Assembly: GCF_052425735.1 (NCBI RefSeq)
Contig: NC_135771.1
Span: 21,142,001 to 21,206,000 of the forward strand
Length of the DNA: 64,000 nucleotides
Source of the DNA: Oculina patagonica
Lineage: Eukaryota
Reading direction: 5' to 3'
In this document: positions 47,461-58,759 of the stretch, in pieces
How the letters are laid out: each line of letters starts with the position of its first letter
Numbering within the stretch: position 1 is the stretch's first letter
Position numbers and translations under genes: made by a program
Notes under the pieces: model-generated
Told to the model about the DNA's origin: nothing
What the model saw: only the letters and a program-made list of their open reading frames with translations
Databases searched by the model: none

Positions 47461-50180
47461 CGTGAGGGAACTCAAAATACAACGGCGAAGTTGAAACATG
47501 AGGCAACCAAAATGAAACGGCGAAGTTAACACATAAAGAAATTCAAAATGAATCGGAGAAGATAAAACATGAGGCAACTCAAAATATAATGAACCGGAAA
47601 AGTTCAAACACGAGGGAACTCAAAATGAAACGGCGCTTTAAAACATAAAGAAATTCAAAATGAATCGGAGAAGATATATAAAACATGAGGCAACTCAAAA
47701 TGAACCGGAGAAGTTTAAACACGAGGGAACTCAAAATACAACGCCGAACTCAAAATTAAACGCCGAACTCAAAATTAAACGTAGAAGTTAAAATACGAGG
47801 GAACACAAAATAAAAAGCAGAAGTTAAAACAGGAGGGAACTCAAAATTAAACGCACAAGTTAAAACATGAGGAAACTCAAAATCAAACGGAGATGTTAAA
47901 ATATGAAGGAACTCAAAATTAAAAGCAGAAGTTAAAACAGGAGGGAACTCAAAATTAAACGCAGAAGTTTAAAAAAGAGGGAACTCAAAATGAAACACAA
48001 AAGTTAAAACAAGCGGGAACTCAAAATGAAACGAAGAAATTAAAACAGGAGGGAACTCAAAGTGAAACGCAGAAGTTAAAACAAGAGGGATCTAAAAATG
48101 AAACACAGAAGTTAAAACTGAGGGAACTCAAAATGAAACGAAGAAATTAAAACAGGAGGGAACTCAAAGTGAAACGCAGAAGTTAAAACAAGAGGGAACT
48201 AAACATGAAACACAGAAGTTAAAACTGAGGGAACTCAAAATGAAACGAAGACATAAAAACAGGAGGGAACTCAAAGTGAAACGCAGAAGTTAAAACTGAG
48301 GGAACTCAAAATGAAACGAAGTTAAAACAAGAGGGAACTCAAAATGAAAAGGCGAAGTTTAAACACGGGGATAGGGGGGGACAACCGGGAACTCAAAATG
48401 AAAAGGCGAAGTTAAAACCGACAACCGGAAATTCAAAATGAAACGGAGAAGTTGAAACCGTGAGGGAACTCAAAATGAAACGAAGAAGTTGAAACCGTGA
48501 GGGAACTCAAAATGAAACGGAGAAGTTAAAACATGAGGGAACTCAAAATCAAACGGAGAAGTTAAAACATAAGGTAACTCAAAATCAAACGGCAAAGGGA
48601 ACTCAAAATGAAACGGAAAAAATTAAAACTCAAGGGGGCTCAAAATGAAACGCAGAAGCTAAAACAAGAGGAAACTCAAATTGAAACGGAAAGTTAAAAC
48701 ATGAGGGAACTCAAAATAAAACGGCAAAGTTAAAACACGAGGGAGCTTGAAATTCCGGAAACGGCAAAGTTAATACATACATTGTAAGGGAACTCAAAAT
48801 GAAACGGCAAAGTTAAAACATAAGGCAGCTCAAAATGAAACGCAGATGTTAAAACAAGTGGGAGCTCAAAATGAAAAGGCGAGGTCAAAACATGAGGGAA
48901 CTCCAAATGAAACGGAGAATCTAAAACATGAGGGAACTCAAAATGAAACGGCAAAGTAAAAACATGAGGAAACTCAAAATAAAACGCGAAAGTTAAAACA
49001 TGAGGAAGCTCAAAATGAAACGCAGAAGCCTAAAACAATAGGGAACTCAAAATGAAACGGAAGTTAAAACATGAGGGAACTCAAAATGAAACGGAGAATC
49101 TAAAACATGAGGGAACTCAAAATGAAACGGAGAATCTAAAACATAAGGGAACTCAAAATGAAACGCAGAAGTTAAAACATGAGGGAACTCAAAATGAAAC
49201 GGAGAATCTAAAACATAAGGGAACTCAAAATGAAACGCACAAGTTAAAACAAGTGGGAACCCAAAATGAAACGGAGAAGTTAAAACATGAGTAAAACATA
49301 AGGAAACTCAAAATGAAACGGAGAAATTAAAACATAAGGGAACTCAAAATGAAACGCAGAAGTTAAAACAAGAGGGAACTCAAAATGAAACGCAGAAGTT
49401 AAAACAAGATGGAACTGAAAATGAAAAGGCGAAGTTAAAACAAGAGGGAACTCAAAATGAAACGCACAAGTTAAAACATGAGGGAACTCAAAATGAAACG
49501 GAGAATCTAAAACATGAGGGAACTCAAAATGAAACGGAGAATCTAAAACATAAGGGAACTCAAAATGAAACGCAGAAGTTAAAACATGAGGGAACTCAAA
49601 ATGAAACGGAGAATCTAAAACATAAGGGAACTAAAAATGAAACGCACAAGTTAAAACAAGAGGGAACTCAAAATGAAACGCAGAAGTTAAAACAAGATGG
49701 AACTGAAAATGAAAAGGCGAAGTTAAAACAAGAGGGAACCCAAAATGAAACGGAGAAGTTAAAACATGAGTAAAACATAAGGAAACTCAAAATGAAACGG
49801 AGAAATTAAAATCACTTTGCCAAACATGAGGGAGCTTAAAATGAAACGCAGAAGTAAAATCAAGAGGGAACTCACGCAGAAGTTAAAACAAGTGGGGGCT
49901 TAAAATGAAACGCAGACGTTAAAACAGGAGAGAACTCAAATTGAAATGGAGAAATTAAAACATGAGGGAGCTTAAAATGAAACTTCGAAGTTAAAACATG
50001 AGAGAGCTCAAAATGAAACGGAGAAGTGAAAAAACGCCATGGAACTTAAAATGAAACGGAGAAATTAAAACATGAGAGAACTCAAAATGAAACGGAGCAA
50101 TTAAAACGTAAGGGAACTTAAAATGAAACGCAAAAGGGAAAACAAAAGAGAACTGAAAATAAAACGGAGGAATTAAAACC
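47461..50180. repeat. 36-bp minisatellite (~75 units; consensus CATGAGGGAACTCAAAATGAAACGGAGAAGTTAAAA), remnant units to 51140
   Basis: Tandem periodicity directly visible; translates as 12-aa repeats. Confidence 0.97.
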
Positions 50181-50296
50181 ACCCTGCCAGTAGGGCCTCT
50201 TTTATTAAACTTCCCTGTGTCTGAAATTTGGGAAGTATATAAGTGGAAAAGACAGGGCTCTGCTTGCAGGGAGAAATTAAAACATGAGAGAATTAA

Positions 50297-51074
50297 GGAC
50301 GGTGCCTACTAATAACAAAGTATTTTTTCCCGGCCGAAGACTATGCAAGAAATGTAGATGTTACCAAGGGCTACTGAAATTTAAAAAGAAAATTGGGGGT
50401 AGCCACGCAAATTTTCGAGATAATTAGGTTTGAAATCTGGAAAAAAGTGCTGACGTGGCATTTTAAAATAAAGTTGAACTAAATACAATTTCCTTGCAAA
50501 TTCCATTTGAAATTGGTTTTTCATGAACGAAATCAACATTAAATATAACAATCTTTACAATAACTAACAAATAACATGTGCTCTATAGACTTACCACTTA
50601 CATTTTATAAAATAAAAAGTAGGGGTCACCACGCGTTTTTAAAAGTTATACCAGTTGTTTTCAGGTTCTATGAAATCGCTTTTGGGGTCTGTTACATTTT
50701 TCCTATCCCCTCCCTAGCGAGTTGAAGATTTGCATCTCGCGCGTGCACTACGCCATTTGTCACGGTTAGCAGTTTGCGGGTAACGTTTTAGCGCTTAGCG
50801 ATTTATTTTTTACTGTTAATGTGAGCCATTTTCAGTGGTAAGCGGTCAATGGTTACTGATATGTTGATTTTCCGCTGTTCCTGGCTTAGGATATGTCCAT
50901 AAACTGGATTTCGTCGCAGAGAAAACTTTCTTGATTTTTAGTCGCGCGCTTGTTCGCGTAGTTGAATTCGTCATTTTGAGCGAGCAAATTAATTAAAAGC
51001 GCGCGCGCCCAGTGTGATCGATGCATTGCGTGATGCGCAGAACAAGCGCGCAGTAGCAATAGGAGGCACCGTCC
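50297..51074. mobile_element. Non-autonomous DNA transposon with TTAA TSD (Kolobok-like), inserted in the satellite tail
   Basis: TTAA|GGACGGTGCCT...AGGCACCGTCC|TTAA. Confidence 0.88.
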
Positions 51075-51194
51075 TTAAAACAAGAGGGAACACAAAATTA
51101 AAAGGAAAAATTAAAACAGGAGAGTACTGAAAATGAAACTGAGCCGCTAGTTCATCAGTTTGTACTGTTTGCCGTTATCCTCTTTCAATGAAGT

Positions 51195-51212
51195 TGATTG
51201 ATTAATTGATGA

Positions 51213-51274
<62 letters not shown>

Positions 51275-51275
51275 C
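51195..51275. repeat. (GATT)n microsatellite
   Basis: Directly visible. Confidence 0.95.
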
Positions 51276-53196
51276 ATTTATCACTGTTCAGCATCAGGCG
51301 ATCATTTACGCTTTTAAAATCGGGCGAATCTATAATTTTATAACATTCAGAGATGCGTTTCACCGAGACATTTTGTTGAAATAAAGTTTAAAATGTCTTT
51401 GCAAACTAACACAGTTTCATCGTCCCATCGAGGAGCAGTAAAAAAAGGCTAAACAGATTCGACCTGCAAGTTTTTTTATGCATCAATAAAACAAAATTGA
51501 AAGCGAATTCAAGGTTGCGGGCGACTCGTTCAACTTTTCATAAATTTCTTATCGTTCACGTTTCCTACATTTAAAACAACTTGACTTCCAAAGGGCCTTT
51601 GTAAGTCAGTCTAAATCTTTGAATTGTTATTTTACAATGAAAATCCGGCTTTTAGTTCAATTTCGAGCAAACGACGGTTTAAATAAATCGTGAATGAAAT
51701 GCAAAGGTGCACACAGAAGCTAAACAGTGCAATGTGGTTTCTTCCTTGCGAACAACTCGCTTAACTTTTTTTTAATCTTTTACGTTTTCGAATTTAAAAA
51801 AAAAACTTGACTTCCAAGGGCCCTTGTACGTCAGTACATCTTTCAATCGTCATTTTACAATAAAAAAAACTTGGCTTTTGCTTCAGTTTCGGGCATATAA
51901 CAGTTTTTAATAAATCGTGAATGAAATGCTTGCAAACGCGCACACAGAAGCCAATGCAACGTGGTGCAGTTGTCAATTATCCGCGTGTTGTGTGACTTAT
52001 TTACATCATTATTCAATAAAAACGAGAGCCTGTCTTGTTGTTAAGTTTTTAACGTCTAGTAGATTTATACTAATACAATTAGATTATTCGCTCTTGATTT
52101 CTATGTGTGATAGTTGATGAGGGCGAAGCCCTCATCAAATATCACACATAGAAATTGATAAAGGCGAAGCAAAATAGAAACTGTTAGCTCTGAATTTCAG
52201 ACATCCCTAGTCAAAGTAAGCTTTTACATGTTATAGCACATATTCGCTTATTCAGTTTAACGTTTTTAGAACTGTTAACACTTACCAAATTTTTAAACAG
52301 TTTTAAACTAAAGCTGAGATCCAATCGTCCTTTCCTTTTCGTCCCTTTGCTGGTTGGCTTGAAAAGCAAATGTAAAATAGCTGTGTTTACCTCTGGTTTC
52401 CCTCGAAAGGTGACTCGACTTGCCGGCAAACGCAGCCACGAATATACTCTTGACGACTGCCCAGAAAACTCTTATCCGCTCTTCAGTATAAACGCAGAAA
52501 ATTAAACATCCCTGGAGCAAAACAAAATTTTGCAAACCACTTCGGCGCAGAAAATTTACAAATCCGTGAAGCCGCGCCGCGGGTAGCCGCGAAAAAAAGG
52601 CGCCAAAATAGAGAGCCTCGTTTTGATTACGCGAACTCGTACCAGGCTTTTCACTGTCAACTTCAGTTACACTGTAAAGGTTTGGACATTTTTTGGCGTC
52701 ATTTCTAGATCTGTAGACCATGGAAAAGTGTGATCGATTTGTTTTGTACAATAACACAAAAAATGAATTAGATGGAAAATCAGTGCAAAATCGTGCGCTC
52801 GCGTTACAGCGCGTAAAATATTTTTGTGTTTGTTTTTTGTTGTTGTTGTTGTTGTTGTTGTTTCCACTTGCAGCCGACGAATTTGTGGAAGTTTCGCCTA
52901 AATGTTCCAGCTGACGTTTCACAACTCACTTGATTTTGTGTTCTCAAGTTTTCCGTGTTCGGCAAGTTCTCAAGTTTTTGTGTTCGGCAAGTTCTCAAGT
53001 TTTCCGAAAGTTGCCTCACGTTGCGTAAATTACAGCCTGGTCAATGCTCTCATTCTGACCATAACTTTTGACCAATTAGCGCGCGAGAATTCTCTCAGTT
53101 ATTGTAAAAAGCTAGCAGTTAGCCGAAACGTTAACAATAATATCAGTAAGATTCGTTTTTCGCATAATAACGTTTTACCGTATACTTAGGAATGTT

Positions 53197-53470
53197 GAGG
53201 GACGGTGGCCTAATGGTTTGTGAGCTGGGCTACGGATCAAGCGGTCCGGGTTCGAGCCCTAGCCGGGGGTCACTGTGTTGTGTTCTTAGACAAGCCACAT
53301 TACTCTCACAGTGCCTCTCTCCAGCCAGGCGTATAAATGGGTACCGGCGAATTTTATACTGTGGGTAAACCTGCGATGGACTAGAATCCCATCCAGCGAC
53401 TACAGTAAAAATACCCTTACGTAGTCGCTTGAACTGGCATACGCTCCGGCCTGATAGTCCACTAGGCTCA
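53197..53470 (+). mobile_element. tRNA-derived SINE (Deu/Nin-domain type); decayed reverse copies at ~18655, ~20935, ~23395
   Basis: A box TGGCCTAATGG, B box GGTTCGAGCCC, core GTATAAATGGGTACCGGCGAA...GCGATGGACTAG. Confidence 0.85.
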
Positions 53471-54498
53471 AACGTAGAACTGATTTTTTTTGGCACAATT
53501 ATATGCCCAGGCACATAGCCTTGGAAATAGATTTACAACCATTAAAGTTTTACTAGCATCAACATAAATCAACATAACATAAGCTCATCAGCGCAGCTTG
53601 AAAACTGTTTGAAATTTTAATTTCATCAAGTTCTATTTACTCAGATATGTGCCTTAATCCTATCTGCAAATAAACTTTTGACATGCTCCGACTGACAAAA
53701 GCACTACCACGTAAAAACTTCTATTTGAATACAGAAAGCTACTCTTGTCTGTGGTGATGTTTATATGTAAACGTTTGCTAATTCTCCGCATGTACTACAT
53801 TAAATACTTATTCAAAATAAGGTATAAATTTTTAATTAAGAGCATTGAGTTTTTCAGTCGCAATTTTAAGCTTTTCCGACCACCTTCTTAATAATAATCG
53901 GCTTATAAAGTCGGCTTTGTTCGATGCAATGTTTTTGACAGAGGCGTCGCTTCTAAGCAACTGAAATAACGTTGAGACGCAAAAAGCCTGATTTTAGATG
54001 CAAATACCGGTTTCAAATTAACACCCTTCTTGGTTTTTTTGTTTAAATTTACTTTTTGAAATGAAAAATTAATTATTAAACCAGAACCAAACATATAATC
54101 ATCTTTCTTTCTCTGTGGAACAAAATTAATAAAAAAATATCGACGTTCTCTGTTCATATTCAGTTTAAAAACATATGTAAAATGAACTTTTAATTTCGTG
54201 CAAAGAAAGTAAACCGTCATTTGAAACGTTTGACAGATTTAAATTGTGAAAATCTGCCTTATTTCCATACACAGTACTGAGTGTTTTGCCTGCGTAAACC
54301 AAGAGAGGGCTAGATTTGGTCGGATTTTGAACAACTTTGAGGCGAAATATTTCATGAGAAATAACCAAATTATCATCTTATTTCGCAAGTTTTATCTTTG
54401 ACTAGTGCTGTCTGCAAAGATAATTTACTTAGCAAATCCTTTTCATGACGGCAGAAACACGCTGCTGTACGTACTAATTAACACAAAATGATGTTCAT

Positions 54499-54556
54499 CC
54501 AATCAGGATTTGAAGTTACACAAACAGTAATAACCTTCCTATGACAGCATATAAAA
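54499..54556 (+). promoter_or_regulatory. CCAAT (54499) and TATA box (TATAAAA, 54550) upstream of the 336-aa ORF
   Basis: Canonical spacing, about 185 nt before the ATG. Confidence 0.55.
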
Positions 54557-54737
54557 GGCAATCCCTTTTGACAAATGCTCTTCTCTGAGACAGTTTAAAA
54601 ATTTGTCCTTACAAAAGGCAAAAACAGCTGCTCTGGATAAATAGTGTTTTGGGCAATTTAAAATTCACTCAACGTTAGCGGTTTGACGGACATTAGCGGC
54701 CTGCGTTTTCGTCGCTTATTGGAGTGGTGTTATAGCG

Positions 54738-55748
54738 ATGGATGACTACGCCGCAAGAAAAGTCAGCGTTTCGGTGCGGAACGCTTTGAGCGTAAATTCG
54801 CACAAAAGCCATGAACTTGTGAGGCAAGTGAAAAGCTTGGAAGCTGAGAGAGATATGCACCTTTTAAATTTGCAAATCAAAAGGGATGAAGTGTTTTTCG
54901 CTTCTCCGTCAATGCGACGAAAAATTCTTGTGAAGTCGCCGAGCGTTTCTGAGGGTATCCGCGCAAGCACAGCAGATTCACAGCATGAAACTCTCGACAA
55001 CTCTTCGCTGAAGAATGAGGAGGTCACTAAGCTTCAGAAAGCTCACAACCTTCCACCGCTTCATTTAGACCGAGCTGGTGTCATCGCTACGCCGCCAAGA
55101 GTTCGAAAAACTAGGAATATTCATCCAGCAACTTCGCCGAATTTCGCGCCGCACTCGCCTAACGAGTCACCCAAGCAAGGTCACAAGCTCTTAACGAGGC
55201 AATCAAGCTCGCCACAGATGCTTTCAAGCTCTAATTCAATGGCAAATGCGAACGACGTACGACGTGAAGAAAATGTAGAAAGTAAACATCTTTTGTCACC
55301 CCGGTTACTAAGGTCAAATGTTCCAGATACACCTGCAACGTTGCATTCTCCAGCGAGCCCCTCGAACAGCAGGGTCTTCAAATTTGACCTGGCATCGAAT
55401 CACGGGCAAATGCCGCGGCGCCCCGCTACGGCTGCCTCGAACCGAGATAGCAGCGCTGGTAGCGAAGTTCACCGAGGGCTCTTACTAATCCCTGTTTCGT
55501 CATCAAAGGAACAAACAAAGCCAAAGGAAACGAAAAAGATCAACGTTTTTAATCGGCTTTATTCCGGTTCCAAGAAACGCGAAGGCAAGCGAGCACACCT
55601 CGACGATTTAGCCACTCGGCATTTTCCGTTGCCGAACGGAAGCCCCAAGTTGGATACAAGGCGCAGATCTGTTTCGCTTTCGGATTTATCGGAAATCTGC
55701 GATAAACTGAAAGCGTGTCGCTATTTAAGAGAGAGCAAACTTTCTTAA
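54738..55748 (+). CDS. Single-exon 336-aa protein: N-terminal coiled coil, S/P/R-rich disordered core, C-terminal CRYLR motif (CCDC190-like, tentative)
   Basis: Long GC-elevated ORF, good Kozak context, CCAAT and TATA upstream; family call is from motif recall only. Confidence 0.85.
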   Translation: MDDYAARKVSVSVRNALSVNSHKSHELVRQVKSLEAERDMHLLNLQIKRDEVFFASPSMRRKILVKSPSVSEGIRASTADSQHETLDNSSLKNEEVTKLQKAHNLPPLHLDRAGVIATPPRVRKTRNIHPATSPNFAPHSPNESPKQGHKLLTRQSSSPQMLSSSNSMANANDVRREENVESKHLLSPRLLRSNVPDTPATLHSPASPSNSRVFKFDLASNHGQMPRRPATAASNRDSSAGSEVHRGLLLIPVSSSKEQTKPKETKKINVFNRLYSGSKKREGKRAHLDDLATRHFPLPNGSPKLDTRRRSVSLSDLSEICDKLKACRYLRESKLS

Positions 55749-56279
55749 TACGACTGAGCTTTGGAGTCGTCAAACAATTCAGTTTCTAAGCATACTCAGT
55801 TATTCCAGTACATACTGTCGCGAGTTTAACTTTGTACGATTGTTCACTGTATTTTCAAACAAAACAAATTAACATTTAGAAATCTTTATTTGATTTTATT
55901 TGTTCTGCTCTGATTCGTTTTTAGACAAGCACAAACTAATCTTTATGCAAAAAAGTAAACAGTATACAAATTAAGGTTTACTATTAAAATTTGGACCTGC
56001 GGTTTCAGTGTTACAACGATATTCAGAGCGAAAAAGAGACTCAAGTGCTTCTTATGGTAATCAGCCAAACTGTTTATTAAGCTTTGCCGTGTTTATTAAT
56101 CAAGTGTTCGAGTACGTCTTTTTTTAACATTGTCTTTCAATTAACAAAACCTTACTGCATAGCATGGAAAGATCAGACTAATAAAAGACTAGACAATGAA
56201 ACAATTGGCATTCTTTAATTAACAATTAGACTACAACCCGTTTTTCTTGATTTTCGAGCGCCCGTTTTCCTTTAAAGGG

Positions 56280-56311
<32 letters not shown>

Positions 56312-56800
56312 TATATTTTTTTAAAAAAAAAAATAAAAAAAAATTTAACAAGCGCGACCGCTTTTTTTAGAATAAAAAAAAGAAGAAGAAAAAAAAATAA
56401 AAAACTAATTGTTCTTAAATTCGACGTAGTGGATATATTGTTTGCTTCGAGGAGGTCCGTTGTTAAATTAACCATTTAATTGATTAAAGTATAAATTTAA
56501 TTGCTCCCATTGGTCATCTACTGTTTATAATAATTACCTAGATAATTAACAAGATTATTCGCTATCCAAAAAAACGTTTATCATAACTCAATGCAACAGA
56601 AAAAGCCACTCAAAGAATTAAGCAGCGACCGTGGTGTAGCCTGCGTTGCAAACGAACAGAACCCCGGTATAGTCCGTCGGACTTACCGGGGTGTTCGTTT
56701 GACGCAGACTACCGTGTTGCAAATCGGAAAATCTGATTGGTTCCTCGTTGCTGGTTATTTAAAAGTTAGACAACAAGTTCGAGGTTTCTATCGGCTGTAA

Positions 56801-57090
56801 GCATAACCACACTGACCTACTATTGGTAATCGCGCAATCTGATGGCACACAGGTGCCACTATCGATCCGTAGAAGGCTCCAGAGCGCGCGCTAGTTTTCG
56901 CTTAATTTTATCAATCAAAACCTTCAATAAAACAATTCTAGCGATATTCTGAGTTTAATAGATCGGTCAGTGGGTATGCTAACACATAGAGGCCGCCTCG
57001 GTTTCTACCGGCTTTTGATAGTTAGCGAGGGGCGAAGCCCCGAGCAACTATCAGCCCGGTAGAAACCTCGAGCTGCCGTCTAATTGTTAA
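56801..57090. repeat. Second copy of the 5598-5897 repeat
   Basis: Colinear match with many 1-nt deletions. Confidence 0.8.
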
Positions 57091-58354
57091 ATAGTTGGCG
57101 AGGGGTAAAGCCCCCCCCCCCCCCCTTGCTTACTACTATCAGCCGATAGGAACCGAGGGCAAGCCGTCTAATACTGTTCTAATTGTTTAAGCAGAACCCA
57201 GCGACTAGCATGAGTATCAGGCTTTTTAAAAGGGGACGGGTGGGACAATGGAGCGAAGTATCCTCCTACCTTGCCCCCCTCCCCCCTCAGGCTACCCAGC
57301 GACCGATCTATTCAACAAAACTTTATGCCTAGTCACTGTCACTGACTGAGCTAACTGGTTTAAAAAACACGTTAACCAATTGTTTCTAGCAGAGGTCAAC
57401 AAAACATATAATGACTTCGACCACAGTCAGTTGCCAAGTGAACAAATGGGCCAGTACCATACCTGCTATTTATATTTTTTATTAGACATGTCTTATATAC
57501 ACATGCTATTACTTCAACAAGTTCAGTTGAAACTCAATGATTTTTACTAGGTCAACATTACCGAACAGATACCAATCAGCGCACAAAATGATCAAAAGCA
57601 GAAGGGAGCATCTTAAAATAAAATTAAATTAATCAACCTATAGTAGCGAACACAAATAATCTGGAATAGCGCACCCGGCACGTTTACCATAGATTAAGGG
57701 TGAGAAACAGTAACTTGGACACAGGTAATTTGACCGTGATATCAGTCTCGTGTAATATAAGTAAGCTAAGTAAGTCTTGTTATTAACTGATCGCTAGCCG
57801 CTCGGTTAATTTTGGATGTTTAAGCTGTCTTGCATGCACTGAATCTATCCAATCCAAACCAAGCCAAAAATTGAGTGTCGTTAAACCAAAACCAAAGTAA
57901 TCACTCTGGCCAATCACAAAGGACACAAAGACAATGCAGTGAACCAATCAAAACTCGAAGGATATACATGAAGTCCGCACAAAGCGCGGGGAAAAAGCGT
58001 GCGAGCCGGTCACAATTGGTTTTGGGGTTTCATTGGATTTCTTCACCTTTTGAACGTTAACGAATGATCATATCTCCCAAAGGATTTAGGGCTCCAAAAC
58101 GCAGACGTGAAACAAAAACTTTCATGGCTCTGTAAGTCATAAAAAATTGAATTGTCTTAGGTTCTTAGAAAATAAAGATAATCGTCATTTTAATTCGCGC
58201 CCCAAGAAGAGAAAAGCTCTTAACTGCAGGCTTCAAAGCAAAAACGTCATTGAGTTTCTATAAATCTCTAGAGACCTGTACTTTTTGGAACCCTGAAATG
58301 GAAACCACGCTCTCAAGATTCCTAACACATAATTAAATTCTTAAGCATTGCTAG

Positions 58355-58759
58355 TTATTTGGTCAAAATAGGTTCCTTCCTTGCTGTAGCCATCCTCAAA
58401 GGGCCAGGAGATCGCGTTCTTAGTGAAGCATGCCTCTTTAAACTGGCAGCATCTAGCATCGCGGCGAGGTCTGGTAGCGAGCTTGAACGACGACGGCTTT
58501 TCTGGAACGAGGTAGTATTTATGGTCTGCGGTGCTGACCCATCTTCAAGTTGCGCCATACCTTTGCGTATACCGAACTGCTTTCTGAACCATTTCTTGGT
58601 CAGCGGGCTAACAGGTGGCTTGAGGTTGCTAAGTTTATCCATGTCTTTTAAGGATTGGATATTTGAATTGCTTTTCTGTGCTTCCAGCTCGTCACTTTTC
58701 TTTACGTTTTCCTGCTGTAAAACCAGTGTAGGTGGTTTGTTCTTTTTTGTTGTTGACAT
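58355..58759 (-). CDS. 134-aa basic low-complexity protein with RRRSSSLPDL motif
   Basis: ORF preceded 6 nt upstream by a polypyrimidine-AG acceptor (ttttctttttttaag), implying a 5'UTR intron. Confidence 0.7.
   Translation of the reverse strand: MSTTKKNKPPTLVLQQENVKKSDELEAQKSNSNIQSLKDMDKLSNLKPPVSPLTKKWFRKQFGIRKGMAQLEDGSAPQTINTTSFQKSRRRSSSLPDLAAMLDAASLKRHASLRTRSPGPLRMATARKEPILTK

Noticed and set aside
47461-50180. CRISPR-like array or repeat protein (KHEGTQNETENL, FHFEFP ORFs)
   Set aside because: Head-to-tail 36-mers without unique spacers, frequent frameshifts and a eukaryotic context indicate a satellite.
52308-52922. 204-aa minus-strand ORF with poly-N
   Set aside because: Non-ATG start, spans a (TTG)n microsatellite and promoter-like DNA, no recognisable domain.
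56260-57130. Odd poly-T/poly-A block and a highly diverged repeat copy
   Set aside because: Homopolymer noise and scattered 1-nt deletions suggest low-quality consensus rather than biology.
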